In this document: in pieces, positions 46,461 through 58,016 of the stretch | Position numbering within the stretch: position 1 is the stretch's first letter | Layout of the letters: each line of letters begins with the position of its first letter | IMG/VR virus record: IMGVR_UViG_3300024999_000034 | Coordinates: 64,001 to 128,000 of that record | Source: a virus | Reading direction: 5' to 3' (one strand) | DNA length: 64,000 nt | Notes under the pieces: model-generated | What the model saw: only the letters and a program-made list of their open reading frames with translations | The model's database searches: none | What the model was told of the DNA's origin: nothing | Position numbers and translations under genes: made by a program

Positions 46461-47237
46461 ATGGCAAAAGTTAAGAAAGATGAAAATGGTTTAGTGGTTA
46501 CATATGAACAAAGTAGAGAGTCTATAGTAAAAGGTAATTCATGGGTTTATACTGATAGTTTAAATTTAGCTAAGACTATGATAGTAGAACACAAAGAAGC
46601 TCTAAAAAAGATAAGAAAAGTGTTGGCAGAATACAAAATATCAACGGGGGAAGATGCTCCACCCGTCACCGAAATACAAGAATACATATATAAACACACT
46701 GATTTCACATATGCAATCAATTATTATAAAGATGCTAAAGGAGAAATGAGACCATATTATAAATTATCAAAAGATTTATTAACTTTAGTAATGTTCTCAT
46801 TTCAAACAGAAAGAGCAAAAGAATTTAGATTACTTTATATAGCAAAATTCAACGCAATGGAAAAAGAACTAAATTGGTATAATGCTAGATACTTGGGCAT
46901 TGTTACAAGAAATTATATGACTGATTGTATCAGGGATTATTACGATGGAAATCAATCTAAAGAAAATCCATACGTAGTATTTACAAATTTAGTTTATTCA
47001 ACATTATATGGTTATGATGCTTATAAATTAAGAATGATACATAAATTACCCAAAGGCGAAAATATAAGACCTTGGTTATCGGACGAAGATGTTAAGATTG
47101 TTGATAAAATGGAGCAAGAAGTTGGGACTCTTATTTCTTATGGAATATCATTGAAGGAAATTAGGTCTATGATCGGTAAGAAACATGGAAGCAATGATAA
47201 GAGAGAATTAGTTTTATTGAGTGAGAAAAGAAAATAA
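46461..47237 (+). CDS. Rha-family phage regulatory protein
   Basis: TDSLNLA...EHKEALKKIR; YYKLSKDLLTLVMF..QTERAKEFRLLYIAKFNAME. Confidence 0.75.
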   Translation: MAKVKKDENGLVVTYEQSRESIVKGNSWVYTDSLNLAKTMIVEHKEALKKIRKVLAEYKISTGEDAPPVTEIQEYIYKHTDFTYAINYYKDAKGEMRPYYKLSKDLLTLVMFSFQTERAKEFRLLYIAKFNAMEKELNWYNARYLGIVTRNYMTDCIRDYYDGNQSKENPYVVFTNLVYSTLYGYDAYKLRMIHKLPKGENIRPWLSDEDVKIVDKMEQEVGTLISYGISLKEIRSMIGKKHGSNDKRELVLLSEKRK

Positions 47238-47251
47238 TAAATAAAATAGGA

Positions 47252-47953
47252 GTGATCAATATACAATACTTTGGAGGCAAAACACGTACAGCAAAAGATA
47301 TTGTCCAATGTTTAAATAGTTATAGAAATTCAAATCAAGACTACATAGAACCATTTGTAGGAGGAGGTATAATATTAAGCAAAATATCAGATAAAAGAAT
47401 AGCATATGATAAACATCCATATCTAATAGCAATGTATAAAGAGTTACAAAAAGGGTGGATTCCGCCAGATAGTATTACTAAAGAAGAATACTATTACATA
47501 AAAAATAATAAAGATGAAAAACCACATTTGACAGGATTTGTAGGATTCGGATGTAGTTTTGCAGGAAAATGGTTTGGTGGTTATGCCTCAAATTCAAGAG
47601 GAGATAATTATTGCTTAAATTCTAAGAATTCTATATTAAGAAAAATGAATACACTTAACGATGTTTGTTTTGAAGTAGCAGACTATAAAGATTTAATATT
47701 TAAAGATTGTTTAATTTATTGTGATCCTCCATATCAAGGAACTACACAATATGGATTAGTTGGAGAATTTGATTCAAATGAGTTTTGGGAAACTATGAGA
47801 AAATGGTCACAGGATAATACAGTAATAATTTCTGAATATAATGCTCCTGATGATTTCGAATGTATATGGGAAAGAAAAACAAAAACCGAGATTAGGAATA
47901 GCGAGAATGTAAGAGAAGATAGAGTAGAGAGATTGTATACATATATAAATTGA
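47252..47953 (+). CDS. Dam-like (D12 class) DNA adenine methyltransferase
   Basis: YFGGK, EPFVGGG, IYCDPPY, IISEY. Confidence 0.9.
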   Translation: MINIQYFGGKTRTAKDIVQCLNSYRNSNQDYIEPFVGGGIILSKISDKRIAYDKHPYLIAMYKELQKGWIPPDSITKEEYYYIKNNKDEKPHLTGFVGFGCSFAGKWFGGYASNSRGDNYCLNSKNSILRKMNTLNDVCFEVADYKDLIFKDCLIYCDPPYQGTTQYGLVGEFDSNEFWETMRKWSQDNTVIISEYNAPDDFECIWERKTKTEIRNSENVREDRVERLYTYIN

Positions 47954-47983
47954 ATAAAAGAATAAATAATATTGTTAGATTAA

Positions 47984-48012
47984 TTGCAAAGCAATACATA
48001 TTGTGATATTAT
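47984..48012 (+). promoter_or_regulatory. Promoter TTGCAA-17-TATTAT with TGn
   Basis: Sequence inspection. Confidence 0.55.
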
Positions 48013-48365
48013 GATTATAGACAAAAACATTAGGAGGCTTTATTTATGTAAAAAGAAATCATTGCCTATATTATGGTATGGATTGAAGAGGAAGAAAAAT
48101 GGTATTATTTCATCGGAGATTTTAATAGAGGTCAATTTGTGAATGGATATAGCGATTATTTTATTGAAGTTGAGAATAATATTATAATAAATGATTCCTA
48201 TGATCATACAAATAAAGGAAATATCTTTAAAGATTGTTATGATATTAAATTATGGGGGATAGTGTAAAATTCTAAATTATAGGATTTTAAAAGTGGCTTA
48301 TATCAACGCTTTTAGAGTCATAGAACCATTTAAAATTTACATTTTATGGTATTATAATATCTCTA

Positions 48366-48394
48366 TTTACTTTTACTATAAAATAGTGTACTAT
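48366..48394 (+). promoter_or_regulatory. Promoter TTTACT-17-TACTAT upstream of the candidate sRNA
   Basis: Sequence inspection. Confidence 0.5.
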
Positions 48395-48400
48395 TGTGAA

Positions 48401-48470
48401 TAGGTGGAGAAGTGTTTCATAAAGGCAACTCCTCACCGAAAGAGAGACCTTTAGAAAGTCTCTCTTTCTA
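48401..48470 (+). ncRNA. Candidate about 70-nt small RNA (hairpin plus terminator)
   Basis: ggtggag...ctcctcacc stem, then gaaagagagac-ctttagaaa-gtctctctttc 11-bp terminator; no ORF; flanked by promoters. Confidence 0.5.
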
Positions 48471-48505
48471 ATATTTAATTACCACATAAATAGTAAAATA
48501 AATGT

Positions 48506-48534
48506 TTGCATTATTAATAGTATTATGTTATAAT
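48506..48534 (+). promoter_or_regulatory. Promoter TTGCAT-17-TATAAT with TGn
   Basis: Near-consensus sigmaA sequence. Confidence 0.7.
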
Positions 48535-48568
48535 TATTAAGGGATGATATAGAGAGGAGGCGATACAT

Positions 48569-49403
48569 ATAAAAACCAAAAGTGATATTTGCAATAGAAT
48601 AATTGAATTAGACAAAAAATTAAAAATCATCAGACAATCAATAGTTGATTCGGAAAATACTCCTTACTCATATTTAAATCAAGAAGATAAAAAGAATGCG
48701 CTACATTATTTTCAAGGTGAAGTCGCTTCATTATATTGGATGCTAAAACAAAATTAAAAATTTTAAGGAGCGATAATTGTGATTAATGTTAAAGAATTTT
48801 TGTTAAAAAATAATATGGATTTTGGAACATATGCTTTAGTAACTTACAACAATAAAACAGAGGCAACTTTGTTTTCCAAACATAATTTTAAAGGAGAGGA
48901 TTGGTTCTTAGAGTCTCCCTGTGTATTATATAAAATAATGGAAGTGATAAAACCAATTGATAAATTTGCAAGGGATTATGTAAAAGACTTATTAGAAGAA
49001 GATGCAGATATAGAGGATTATATCAATAAACACGTAAAGCCAATGATAGTAGATGATATACTATATGAAATAGAAAACTTTCAATGTTCTCCATATTTAC
49101 CTAAAGAAGTAGATGGGATTGAGTTAATAAGTGAACGAGAATGTCTAATTTATATGTTAACTCAAACAAAATAGTTTGATTATATTATAATAAAGAGGTG
49201 AATTTTATATGAAATTTTATCAATTATATCTAGCCAATAAATTAACTCTTAATGACATTGACGATTATTTTGTACAATGGCATAATAGTGACAGTGAAGA
49301 AACAATTTATGAATTCTTAGGCATGACTGAAGATGTTTATAGATTGTGGGTTGATACTTGCCAGTTACAAAGATTCACAAATATAATATTAAAGGGAGAG
49401 TGA
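48569..49403 (+). other. Hypothetical CDSs: 48569-48757 (ATA start), 48779-49174, 49209-49403
   Basis: RBS inspection and ORF track. Confidence 0.6.
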
Positions 49404-49411
49404 AAAATATA

Positions 49412-49981
49412 ATGAAAACAATATGTTTTACAGGTCATAGACCAGACAAACTCAAAGGCGGTTATAATTGGGACTCATTAGATAATCAAAAACTTAGAGG
49501 AAAATTGTGGAATTTAATAGTCGATTTAATTAACACTACATCTAAAGATTTAGATGAAAAAGACTTTAAATTCATTTTTGGAGGAGCAATCGGAATTGAT
49601 CAAGTAGTGTTCTCTATTTGTGAGGAATTAAAACAAACTATTGTAAAACATGGCATTTTCACAATTAAATTAGAATTAGCTATTCCTTTTGAAAAACAAG
49701 CAAGTAAATGGTTTGAACGTGATGTGGATAGGTATGAATTACAAAAGCAACATGCAGATATAGTAACATTTGTTGATTCAATTGAAGGATATGAATTCAA
49801 AGGTGTACCTGTAGGTGAATATCATCCTGCCAAGATGCAAATTAGAAATCGTTATATGGTTAATAATTCAGATATTGTTATTGCTGTATGGAATGGTAGC
49901 AAGGGTGGTACTGCTAATTGTGTGAACTATGCCAAGAAACAAGGCAAAGAGATTATTGTTATGAATCCAGATGAGATTTAA
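49412..49981 (+). CDS. SLOG superfamily (DUF1273/YspA-like) protein
   Basis: ICFTGHRP, GGAIGIDQ, MQIRNRYMVNNSDIVIAVWNGSKGGTANCVNYA. Confidence 0.85.
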   Translation: MKTICFTGHRPDKLKGGYNWDSLDNQKLRGKLWNLIVDLINTTSKDLDEKDFKFIFGGAIGIDQVVFSICEELKQTIVKHGIFTIKLELAIPFEKQASKWFERDVDRYELQKQHADIVTFVDSIEGYEFKGVPVGEYHPAKMQIRNRYMVNNSDIVIAVWNGSKGGTANCVNYAKKQGKEIIVMNPDEI

Positions 49982-50002
49982 AGAAAGGAGAGTGAAATAA
50001 TT

Positions 50003-50733
50003 ATGTGGATTAGAAGTCAAGACAAAAACAGTTTAAGAAATTATCAAGGAATTAGTGGTGATTCTGATACAGTATGGGGTGATTCAAATAATACAAATGA
50101 TTCATATGTTTTAGGTCAATATAATACAAAAGATAGAGTAATGGCAGTGTTAGATGATATTCAATGGTGGATTGCTTATGATGAACATTATTCACGATCA
50201 GGAGAAAATAATTCTGGTTGTAAAAATAATAGGCATACAATTTATCAAATGCCAGAAAAATAAAATAGGAATAGGAAGGAGATATATATATATGCTAACA
50301 CGAAAAACAGGAAAAGAATTTAGAGATTCAGGACTTCTATGGTTTATTAATTCTACTTTACACCTATTTGGTTGGGCAATAGTATGGAATCCAGACAATG
50401 ATGAGATATATCCTGCAAGAGTAAAATTTAGAGGATTTGATGAGAAAAATGTTACTGAAGGATATATTAAAGTTTCTAATTATTTAAAAGAAAATATTGA
50501 TGAATTATTACAAGAGGCAAAAGATTAATAATAAAGGAGGAAACAATATGAAAATTGTAGCAACAAGCAATTATGCTCAAGATAATTTTAGTGAATATGT
50601 TATAGCTGAAAATCTTAATAGTTATTATGGTAAATTAATTTGTGATTTTCTACAAGATAAGGTTCAAGATGGTGATGATGTTTGGCCTACATTGGTGGAG
50701 GATGATTATGTGCCGTTTGTGTGGGAACCTTGA
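50003..50733 (+). other. Hypothetical CDSs: 50003-50263, about 50292-50528, about 50548-50733
   Basis: ORF track and RBSs. Confidence 0.6.
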
Positions 50734-50860
50734 TGTGTTTGGATTAATTTAAGGAGGTGAAGTTAATATGTATGGTGATAATTACATAGAAGATGATCGG
50801 TAATAATTAGGGAGTTTATTCTCCCTTCTTGAATTAATTAAATTATAAAATAAATATATG

Positions 50861-50890
50861 TTGACATAGTGTTAGGTTGTATGTTATAAT
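50861..50890 (+). promoter_or_regulatory. Promoter TTGACA-18-TATAAT with TGn
   Basis: Consensus hexamers. Confidence 0.7.
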
Positions 50891-51580
50891 GAAGTGTAGA
50901 AGAAATATAGGTGAGAGGAGTTGAATAAATAATGACTTGTGCAAATATAATTAATGGTTACTGCAATATTTTAGATATCGAGTGTAAACATCCAGAAGAA
51001 AACAATCCTGATAATTATAATGAGGAAACTGGATTTCCATGTATTTGTGGAATGTTCACACCAGAGGAATAAGTAAAAGGAGGTGATAATGCAATTATGT
51101 GTTTTGTAAAAGTTGATATCAATACAATTACTGAAGAAAAATGTAAAGATCCTGAATTCAAAAGAGAATATGAAAAAGTTAAAGAAAGATATAGTGGTAA
51201 AAATATTGGTAAGAAAAGATATAGAGCAATTGATAGGGTTAGAATGAGGGAGAAGTAATATAAAATAAAATACAAAAGGAGAGATTGTATATGTTATTAG
51301 TCGATTGGCCTATGCCACCTAAATGTTCTCTATGTCCTTTTTATAGTTTTATTGAAAGTGATAATTGCGGTGATTGTCTTTTACTTCATGATGATTATAG
51401 TGAAATTGACGCAGGATTTGAAGGTAAATTAGATATATGTCCTTTGATTGAAGTTGAGTAATTATTAAGATTTGTAGATTTTGAGAGGAGGTGAGAAGCA
51501 TAAGCAAGAAATATGTTGTGTATGGATTTACTTAGGTATAAATTAAATTTTAACAATTATGAAAGGATGATTAAACAATT

Positions 51581-51823
51581 ATGATTTCTAAACAAACAAA
51601 TATACAACAAACTAAAAAAGATTATTGTATAATGTCTTTACAACTAGCTCAAATATTAATGAATAAAGGTTATGAATTACATAATACAGCACCAAATAAA
51701 AAATTCCCCAATCTAAATGTTTATTATTTTTACTACAATGATTTAATTGAGCAAGAAGTAAAATTATATGAACAAAACAATAAAAGAAATAAATTTAACA
51801 AAACATTTTCTAATCGTGTTTAG
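51581..51823 (+). CDS. DUF5659-like small protein
   Basis: SLQLAQILMNKGY...APNKKFPNLNVYYF. Confidence 0.55.
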   Translation: MISKQTNIQQTKKDYCIMSLQLAQILMNKGYELHNTAPNKKFPNLNVYYFYYNDLIEQEVKLYEQNNKRNKFNKTFSNRV

Positions 51824-51879
51824 CGAGTAGGAGAACATTATTCTCTCTTATTAAGAATTAGTTACTCTTATTACACCTT

Positions 51880-51963
51880 ATTAGGCGTACTGGATTTAAC
51901 ACGGGTAAAGTTAGGGATACCTTAGATTAGGCGTACCAGATTTAGTACGGGTAAAATTTTACC
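51880..51963. repeat. Two 30-bp direct repeats (26/30 identical, 46-bp period) plus a palindrome; candidate replication origin
   Basis: attaggcgtactggatttaacacgggtaaa (51880) and attaggcgtaccagatttagtacgggtaaa (51926); ggtaaaattttacc at 51950-51963. Confidence 0.7.
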
Positions 51964-51998
51964 TTATTTATGGATTAAAATTTAGCAAAGGACAGTGA

Positions 51999-53288
51999 AT
52001 TAACATTAAACAAATAAACAAAGAACAAGATAGAGAATTTTCCAAGATTCCAAATAAGCTTTTCTATACTAAAGATGAAGGAGAGAAAAGTATTTTAGAA
52101 AAATCAGACTTTAATGAAAAAGCATTATGCATTTTAGATTATCTATATATGGGAACTGATAGAAGAGGTATAATTAGATTTACAATTGAAAACATGATAA
52201 AACAATGTAGATTTAAAATAAGAACTGGAGAAAAAGAATCGGCATCTCAATTTAAAAAGATATTACATATGTTGCAAAGACAATCAATAATACAAATTCT
52301 ATCAGACAATGAAAATTTAACATATAGCCCACTGATAGAAAATTATAAACTAAAAGATTTAATTATGTGTTCTTTAATGATAGATTTGACCGAACAATTT
52401 GTTTTATTAGATGCAAAAGAGAAAGATAAAATATATGGATATGATGAAGAGAAAATAAATCATTTAAGACTTTTATTATATTATTGTTACTTGAAATGTA
52501 GAATACATAAACGTAAAAAAGGTGATGAATTAGTTAAGTCAGGAGGTAGGGCAGAAGTATCATATCCAACATTTGAAAGAATTAATAAAGATTTAGGTCT
52601 TACAGATGATACAATTGACAAATATAATAAGATTCTAGTTGCTTTAGATATGATAAGATATAAGTCAGCAGGAACTTGGTACTATAAGACAGATCCTAAT
52701 AAAATAGTAAGAGAAAGTGTTAATTTTTATGCTTTATTTACTGATGAAGAAAATACACAGCATCATTTAAAAGAAGGAATAAAATTCTTTAAGAATATGG
52801 AAAGAAATTCTGACAAAGTGTTTACAGGAAAAAAGGATTATAAAAATAATAATAAAGTGTTAAATGGTGAGCTTGGGTCTATTATTAAGAAAGAGAAGAA
52901 AGGCACTGCTACAGCAGAGGATATTATTAGAAAGAATCAGATTATATTTTCTATTACTGCCAATGAAGAGCAACATGGTATTCAAGCATTGCTAGATTCA
53001 AATCCTGATACATTACTTTCTGATATTTATAGTAGTTTTGGTAGTGAAAATAAAGCAGATAAATATTATGAATTAGAGGAGTCATTAGGATTACTTGACA
53101 CTGGTAAGGAGTTTGGTGTTGATTTTAAGTATTATAAATGGATAATGATGAATTATGATAAAGAAGAGCATGATAAATTTGTACATTGCGTTAATAATAA
53201 AAAGAAAGCTCAATTAACGAACGATGATATAATATATTTTGCCGATCTAAAACCACAAAAACATAAGGGATTTGGTCAAAAGATATAG
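51999..53288 (+). CDS. Probable phage replication initiator (wHTH-type); probable ATT start at 51999 (track ORF starts at 52149)
   Basis: Frame open from 51999 after AAAGGA; FSKIPNKLF at the N-terminus; YPTFERINKDLGLTDDTIDKYNKIL wHTH-like segment; adjacent repeats. Confidence 0.5.
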   Translation: MNIKQINKEQDREFSKIPNKLFYTKDEGEKSILEKSDFNEKALCILDYLYMGTDRRGIIRFTIENMIKQCRFKIRTGEKESASQFKKILHMLQRQSIIQILSDNENLTYSPLIENYKLKDLIMCSLMIDLTEQFVLLDAKEKDKIYGYDEEKINHLRLLLYYCYLKCRIHKRKKGDELVKSGGRAEVSYPTFERINKDLGLTDDTIDKYNKILVALDMIRYKSAGTWYYKTDPNKIVRESVNFYALFTDEENTQHHLKEGIKFFKNMERNSDKVFTGKKDYKNNNKVLNGELGSIIKKEKKGTATAEDIIRKNQIIFSITANEEQHGIQALLDSNPDTLLSDIYSSFGSENKADKYYELEESLGLLDTGKEFGVDFKYYKWIMMNYDKEEHDKFVHCVNNKKKAQLTNDDIIYFADLKPQKHKGFGQKI

Positions 53289-53488
53289 AGGAAGTAACAG
53301 AGGAAAAGCCAGAACCATTTGATGATTGGTTTGAAGATGATGATAATTATGAATACGAAATGACAGAAGATGATATTCAAGCAATGCATGAGATAGAACA
53401 ATTAAATCGTGCTCAAATTCCAGATGATGTATTAAGAGAAATAGAAAGAATGGAAAATGACAACGAAGATGATGATTTATTTAGTTAA

Positions 53489-54253
53489 GTGATAGTCAGG
53501 GGCGGTAACTCCGTCCCAAATAATTCCCTACAATATACGTGGGAGGTGAGATTAATGAATATGGATGAAGTATATAATAAATTAGGTTATAAGAATCGTA
53601 TGGATTATATCGTTGGTATGAGTAAGATAATGAATTCTTCCTTAGAAAAAGATATTAAAAGATGTGATAATGATAAGTTTGATAAATTTATGCTTTTTCT
53701 TTCAAGTAATGAAGATTTTGAATATGTTCCATTGAGTGAAATATTAAAATAAAGGAGATAAAACAAAAATGATCACACAATTACCAAACGGAATCCGCAT
53801 AATAACTTTAGGTGAAAATAATACTCAAGTCAGTCAAGTTGTTCATAAAGATGAAACAGAATCAAAAGGAATATGTTTTTGCAATAGTTTCTTAGAAAAT
53901 GGCAAACCTTCAAATGATGGTGTAATTATTAATATTGTTAATATTGAAGGCGTAGTGAGTTATATTAAAGCATTATCAGACATGTTAGCAACATGGGAAA
54001 TTGAAGGTGCAGAGAAGGAATTAGAATTATTGAGAAAGAGTTTGGAGGAATTAAGACAATGAATAAGATTACATACAATAATAAAACAATAAATACTACT
54101 TCAAAAGGTGTATTTATAGACGATATTTTTGTTCCTTATAAGAAAGGAATGAAGGGTAATTCAACTTCAATTATCAATGGGAAATTTATGTTGATGGATA
54201 TGAGCTTAAAGCAGGAAAATGGAAGAGAACATTTATGTCATTATGGAATTTAA
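53489..54253 (+). other. Hypothetical CDSs: about 53489-53752, 53769-54062, 54059-54253
   Basis: ORF track. Confidence 0.55.
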
Positions 54254-54278
54254 TATTTTAAGGAGGAGACAAAAAACC

Positions 54279-54998
54279 ATGCTAAAATTCATAGGTACAG
54301 GTTCAGCATTCAATACTAAATTAGGAAATACTTCAGCATATATAAAAGAAAATAATACATTATTACTCATTGATTGCGGTGAATTAACTTTTAATAGAAT
54401 CTTAAAACTAAATCTATTATCAGATGTAAATGAAGTACATATTGCAGTAACTCATTGTCATCCAGATCATATAGGTAGTCTAGGGAGTTTCATATTTTAT
54501 TGTCATTTCATCAAGAATATTAAACCAACATTCCATGCTGCTAATTCTGATTTTATTGAATTGCTTGAGATTATGGGAGTTACAGAAGATCATTGTGAAT
54601 TTGATAATTGTGTTGTGAATCAATATGCAGAAATAAATAAATTAAATCTTCAAATGCTATTTATACCAACTAAACATGTCAAGGAAATAACTTCTTTCGG
54701 AATATTAATTCTCAATCTAAATACAAGGAAGAGTTCTTATTATAGTGGTGATAGCAATTCTATTCCTAAATCTATTTTATACGGATTGGAATGTGGCGAA
54801 CTTCATTATTTGTATCAAGATACTTGTAAAGCTGATTATGATGGAAATGTTCATTTGTCATTGAGAAAATTATGTGAACTTATTCCAATGGAATATCGAG
54901 ATAGAGTGTATATTATGCACACTGATGAAGGTTTTGATTTTGATGAAGCAGAGGGATTAGGATTTAAGGTTGCAGAGATTGAGAAGGGAAGTGATTAA
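54279..54998 (+). CDS. MBL-fold metallo-hydrolase (RNase Z-like)
   Basis: GTGSA, LLIDCG, THCHPDHIG, YYSGDS, YIMH. Confidence 0.88.
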   Translation: MLKFIGTGSAFNTKLGNTSAYIKENNTLLLIDCGELTFNRILKLNLLSDVNEVHIAVTHCHPDHIGSLGSFIFYCHFIKNIKPTFHAANSDFIELLEIMGVTEDHCEFDNCVVNQYAEINKLNLQMLFIPTKHVKEITSFGILILNLNTRKSSYYSGDSNSIPKSILYGLECGELHYLYQDTCKADYDGNVHLSLRKLCELIPMEYRDRVYIMHTDEGFDFDEAEGLGFKVAEIEKGSD

Positions 54999-55157
54999 AC
55001 AATGAATAATTCTACATTAATCATAGATGCACTACACCAAGTTAATTTTCTATTTGATCTGGAAGATGCAACAGGAGATTTTCCAGAACCGGAATGGCTA
55101 GAGGCCAAAAGATTAGTTAAGTTGGCATTAGAAGAATTAAAGGAGATGGATAAATAA

Positions 55158-56900
55158 ATGAGCAAAAACATATCAAATTACACAAGAAAACAAAATATTA
55201 AAAATATACTCGATAAAATCATAATCAAAATATTCGATATGATTCTCTATCCACTAAGATATATCTATAAACATAAATATGATGGTTCTGAATTACAGTC
55301 CAAAAGAAAAGTCAAGAAAGCATATAAGAAGTTAAAGAATGATATTTACAAAGAATTATTATGTGAAGATCATATTTATATTACTGATTCTTTTGTAGGT
55401 TCAGACAATGATGGCTTAAATATAGTTTCAATAAGTGAGTATTATACTCTATTGCATTTTTCAAAGAAAACTTCTAAGGTTATATTTAATGAAATAGAAG
55501 AGATTTTAAGAGCAGATGAGAGTTTAGTAGTTGAGAGCGTTAAAGTTAAGGATGTGTTTAAATATGGTTGTTATAAGGAAGACAGTAGAGTTATTAAGGT
55601 TATGATTATTGATAAGGAGGAGAAATAAACTATGAATAATATTGCTTTTACTGAAGAACTTAAATTATTACTAAACAAATATAATGTTTCTATTGTTAAA
55701 AATGAAGATGGATGTTTTTGGTTTGATGAAAATGGTGTTCCTATTTTGTTTGCACCAATGCAATACTCATAAAAGGCATGTTCGGAAAGTAAATTATACA
55801 AAAATAAAAGAGGAGAGATAAAAATTATGGCATTTTATTCATTACCACTAGAGAAAAACAATGTAAAAGTACCAGAGGAATATTGCTATTTAGTAATAGT
55901 AAAATATCAAGAGGATAATTTCAAACCGTCAAAAGGTAAAAAATTATCTGCTGAAGAATCAAAAAATAAAAAAGGAAAACTTCTCGCACAGCAAGAAACT
56001 ATTAAACAATTGGATACCGGTTACTGTAACATACATAATCGAAAAATTGAACTAAGCACAATTTTTGATTCATTCTTTGTAGGATATTTAGATAAATATG
56101 ATAACCATCTAATCTATAAAATCAAACCTCTTGCTTCTAATGAAATTTCAAAAAGTTATGATTCACAAAAAAGATTTGAAGTTTCAGAGTTTGATGTGGT
56201 CAAAAAGTTTAAAGACAAAAGTGAAATTATTCAACAAATACACAAAGATAAATTACTACCTGAGTTTTCTGCCATAATGTTTGACAAATTATCTTATACA
56301 AATGCAGAACATAGAGAAAAGTTATTTGCTTATTTTCAATATATTAATAATGTATTTAAAGATTTAGAAATATCATTGGCAGATATATTATTAAGCAATG
56401 ATTATAATATGGCATTTAGAGGTAAATTTAAGAAAAATGATACTGGTGAATCGACAAAAGAAAATATTAGATATCTACTTGACAATAAATATATTAAATA
56501 TTTTAAGGAAGGAGATTATTATCAAGTAAAATTAATAGTTGGTTTAGTAGATTGTGGATTATTTGATGTAGCTTTAGAATGTATAAAATTGTTAGACGAG
56601 CGCGATGTTGAAGAATTGAAAAAGAATAAGGATTTTGATATCGCTTTGAAAAAATGGTCTATGGATGAGGCCGTTAAGGAAATTATCAATGTTCTAGGAA
56701 TTAAATTAAGTGGCATGACTTTGACTGTAAAGGAGTATATGGATTATGGCGAAGATCGAATTATAGAAACTGAGATATTTGATAATATTGGAGATATAAA
56801 GACACATTTGATTAAGAAATATGATGTTCCATTTGAAAGAGTGATGAGTAAGGATATTGATGGGTTGGAATGGGATGGTTTTGAGTTTAGGGTAAGTTAG
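55158..56900 (+). other. Hypothetical CDSs 55158-55628 and 55827-56900
   Basis: ORF track and RBSs. Confidence 0.7.
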
Positions 56901-57007
56901 GGTAATTTGTATTGGTATTGTATAGTAATTTGTACGATACCAATATTCTATCAAATGAATGTCTGGTTTTATTTGGTATAAAATAAATAATAAGGGAGAG
57001 ATTATTA

Positions 57008-57547
57008 ATGAGAGATGTTAAATTCAGAGCATGGGCTGAACACACAATAGATAATCGATGGAATTATGCATGGAATAAATCTGAAGAAGTATTTTCAAAA
57101 ACTGAACCCTCAAAACATTCACAAGAATGGAGCGAGTGGTATGATAAAAAAGAAGATTATAGAAATGAATTGTTAATGGAATGGGATTCTCAATTTATAG
57201 TCGATAGATATGTAAAAGAAAAAGCTATGATTACAAATATTATGGTTAATGGAACAGTACAAAGGCCACATGGGTATGAGATTATCGATATTATGCAATT
57301 TTCAGGATTAAAAGATCAAAGCAATAATAAAAATGAAGTGTATGAAGGTGATATTGTTGAGGAAATTGGATGGCAAGGTGATTATTATGTAGTCGAATTT
57401 ATTGATTGTGCTTTTTATGCAATATCATTGAAGAGATACGTTCCAGCAGGAATACGTACAAGGTATGTTAAATTAGATGAATTGATGAATATTCAAGTTG
57501 TTGGAAATAAATATGAAAATATAGAATTATTGGAAGGAGATAAATAA
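57008..57547 (+). CDS. yopX: YopX-family protein with an internal insertion
   Basis: MRDVKFRAW, MQFSGLKD...EVYEGDIV, VVGNKYEN. Confidence 0.85.
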   Translation: MRDVKFRAWAEHTIDNRWNYAWNKSEEVFSKTEPSKHSQEWSEWYDKKEDYRNELLMEWDSQFIVDRYVKEKAMITNIMVNGTVQRPHGYEIIDIMQFSGLKDQSNNKNEVYEGDIVEEIGWQGDYYVVEFIDCAFYAISLKRYVPAGIRTRYVKLDELMNIQVVGNKYENIELLEGDK

Positions 57548-57548
57548 T

Positions 57549-57827
57549 ATGTTTATAGAAAAGGTAATCACTAAAACCATCTTTGATCCTGAAGTTTTTA
57601 AAATAGGAACAAAAATACATGCAAAATATCAATGTGCAATCAGTGACGATTATAAATATTGGGAATATGATTTTAATGGAATTGTTAAATCTTATGATGA
57701 GGACATTATATGGTTAGAAGATCCAGATGATAGAGATTACAATGTATTTTCTGATGAATCGCGTCCTAGACGATATAAAATTGAATTGCAGTTAGTTAAA
57801 ATGGGATTTTGGGTATTAGAGTTTTAA
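57549..57827 (+). CDS. Hypothetical protein
   Basis: ORF track. Confidence 0.6.
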   Translation: MFIEKVITKTIFDPEVFKIGTKIHAKYQCAISDDYKYWEYDFNGIVKSYDEDIIWLEDPDDRDYNVFSDESRPRRYKIELQLVKMGFWVLEF

Positions 57828-58016
57828 CTCCTTTCAAATCCATATTTCCTCGTACTTTAAGAACCATGAAACCATTATGTAACCCAATTCTTAATTTTAG
57901 AAATTATTAAAAAGAGGTGAATGCTTATAATAAATCATAAGTATTACAATAAATGGAATCTTAATATATAAAATAGTTAAGTATCAATAAATAAAATATA
58001 GAAAGAGGTTGATTAT

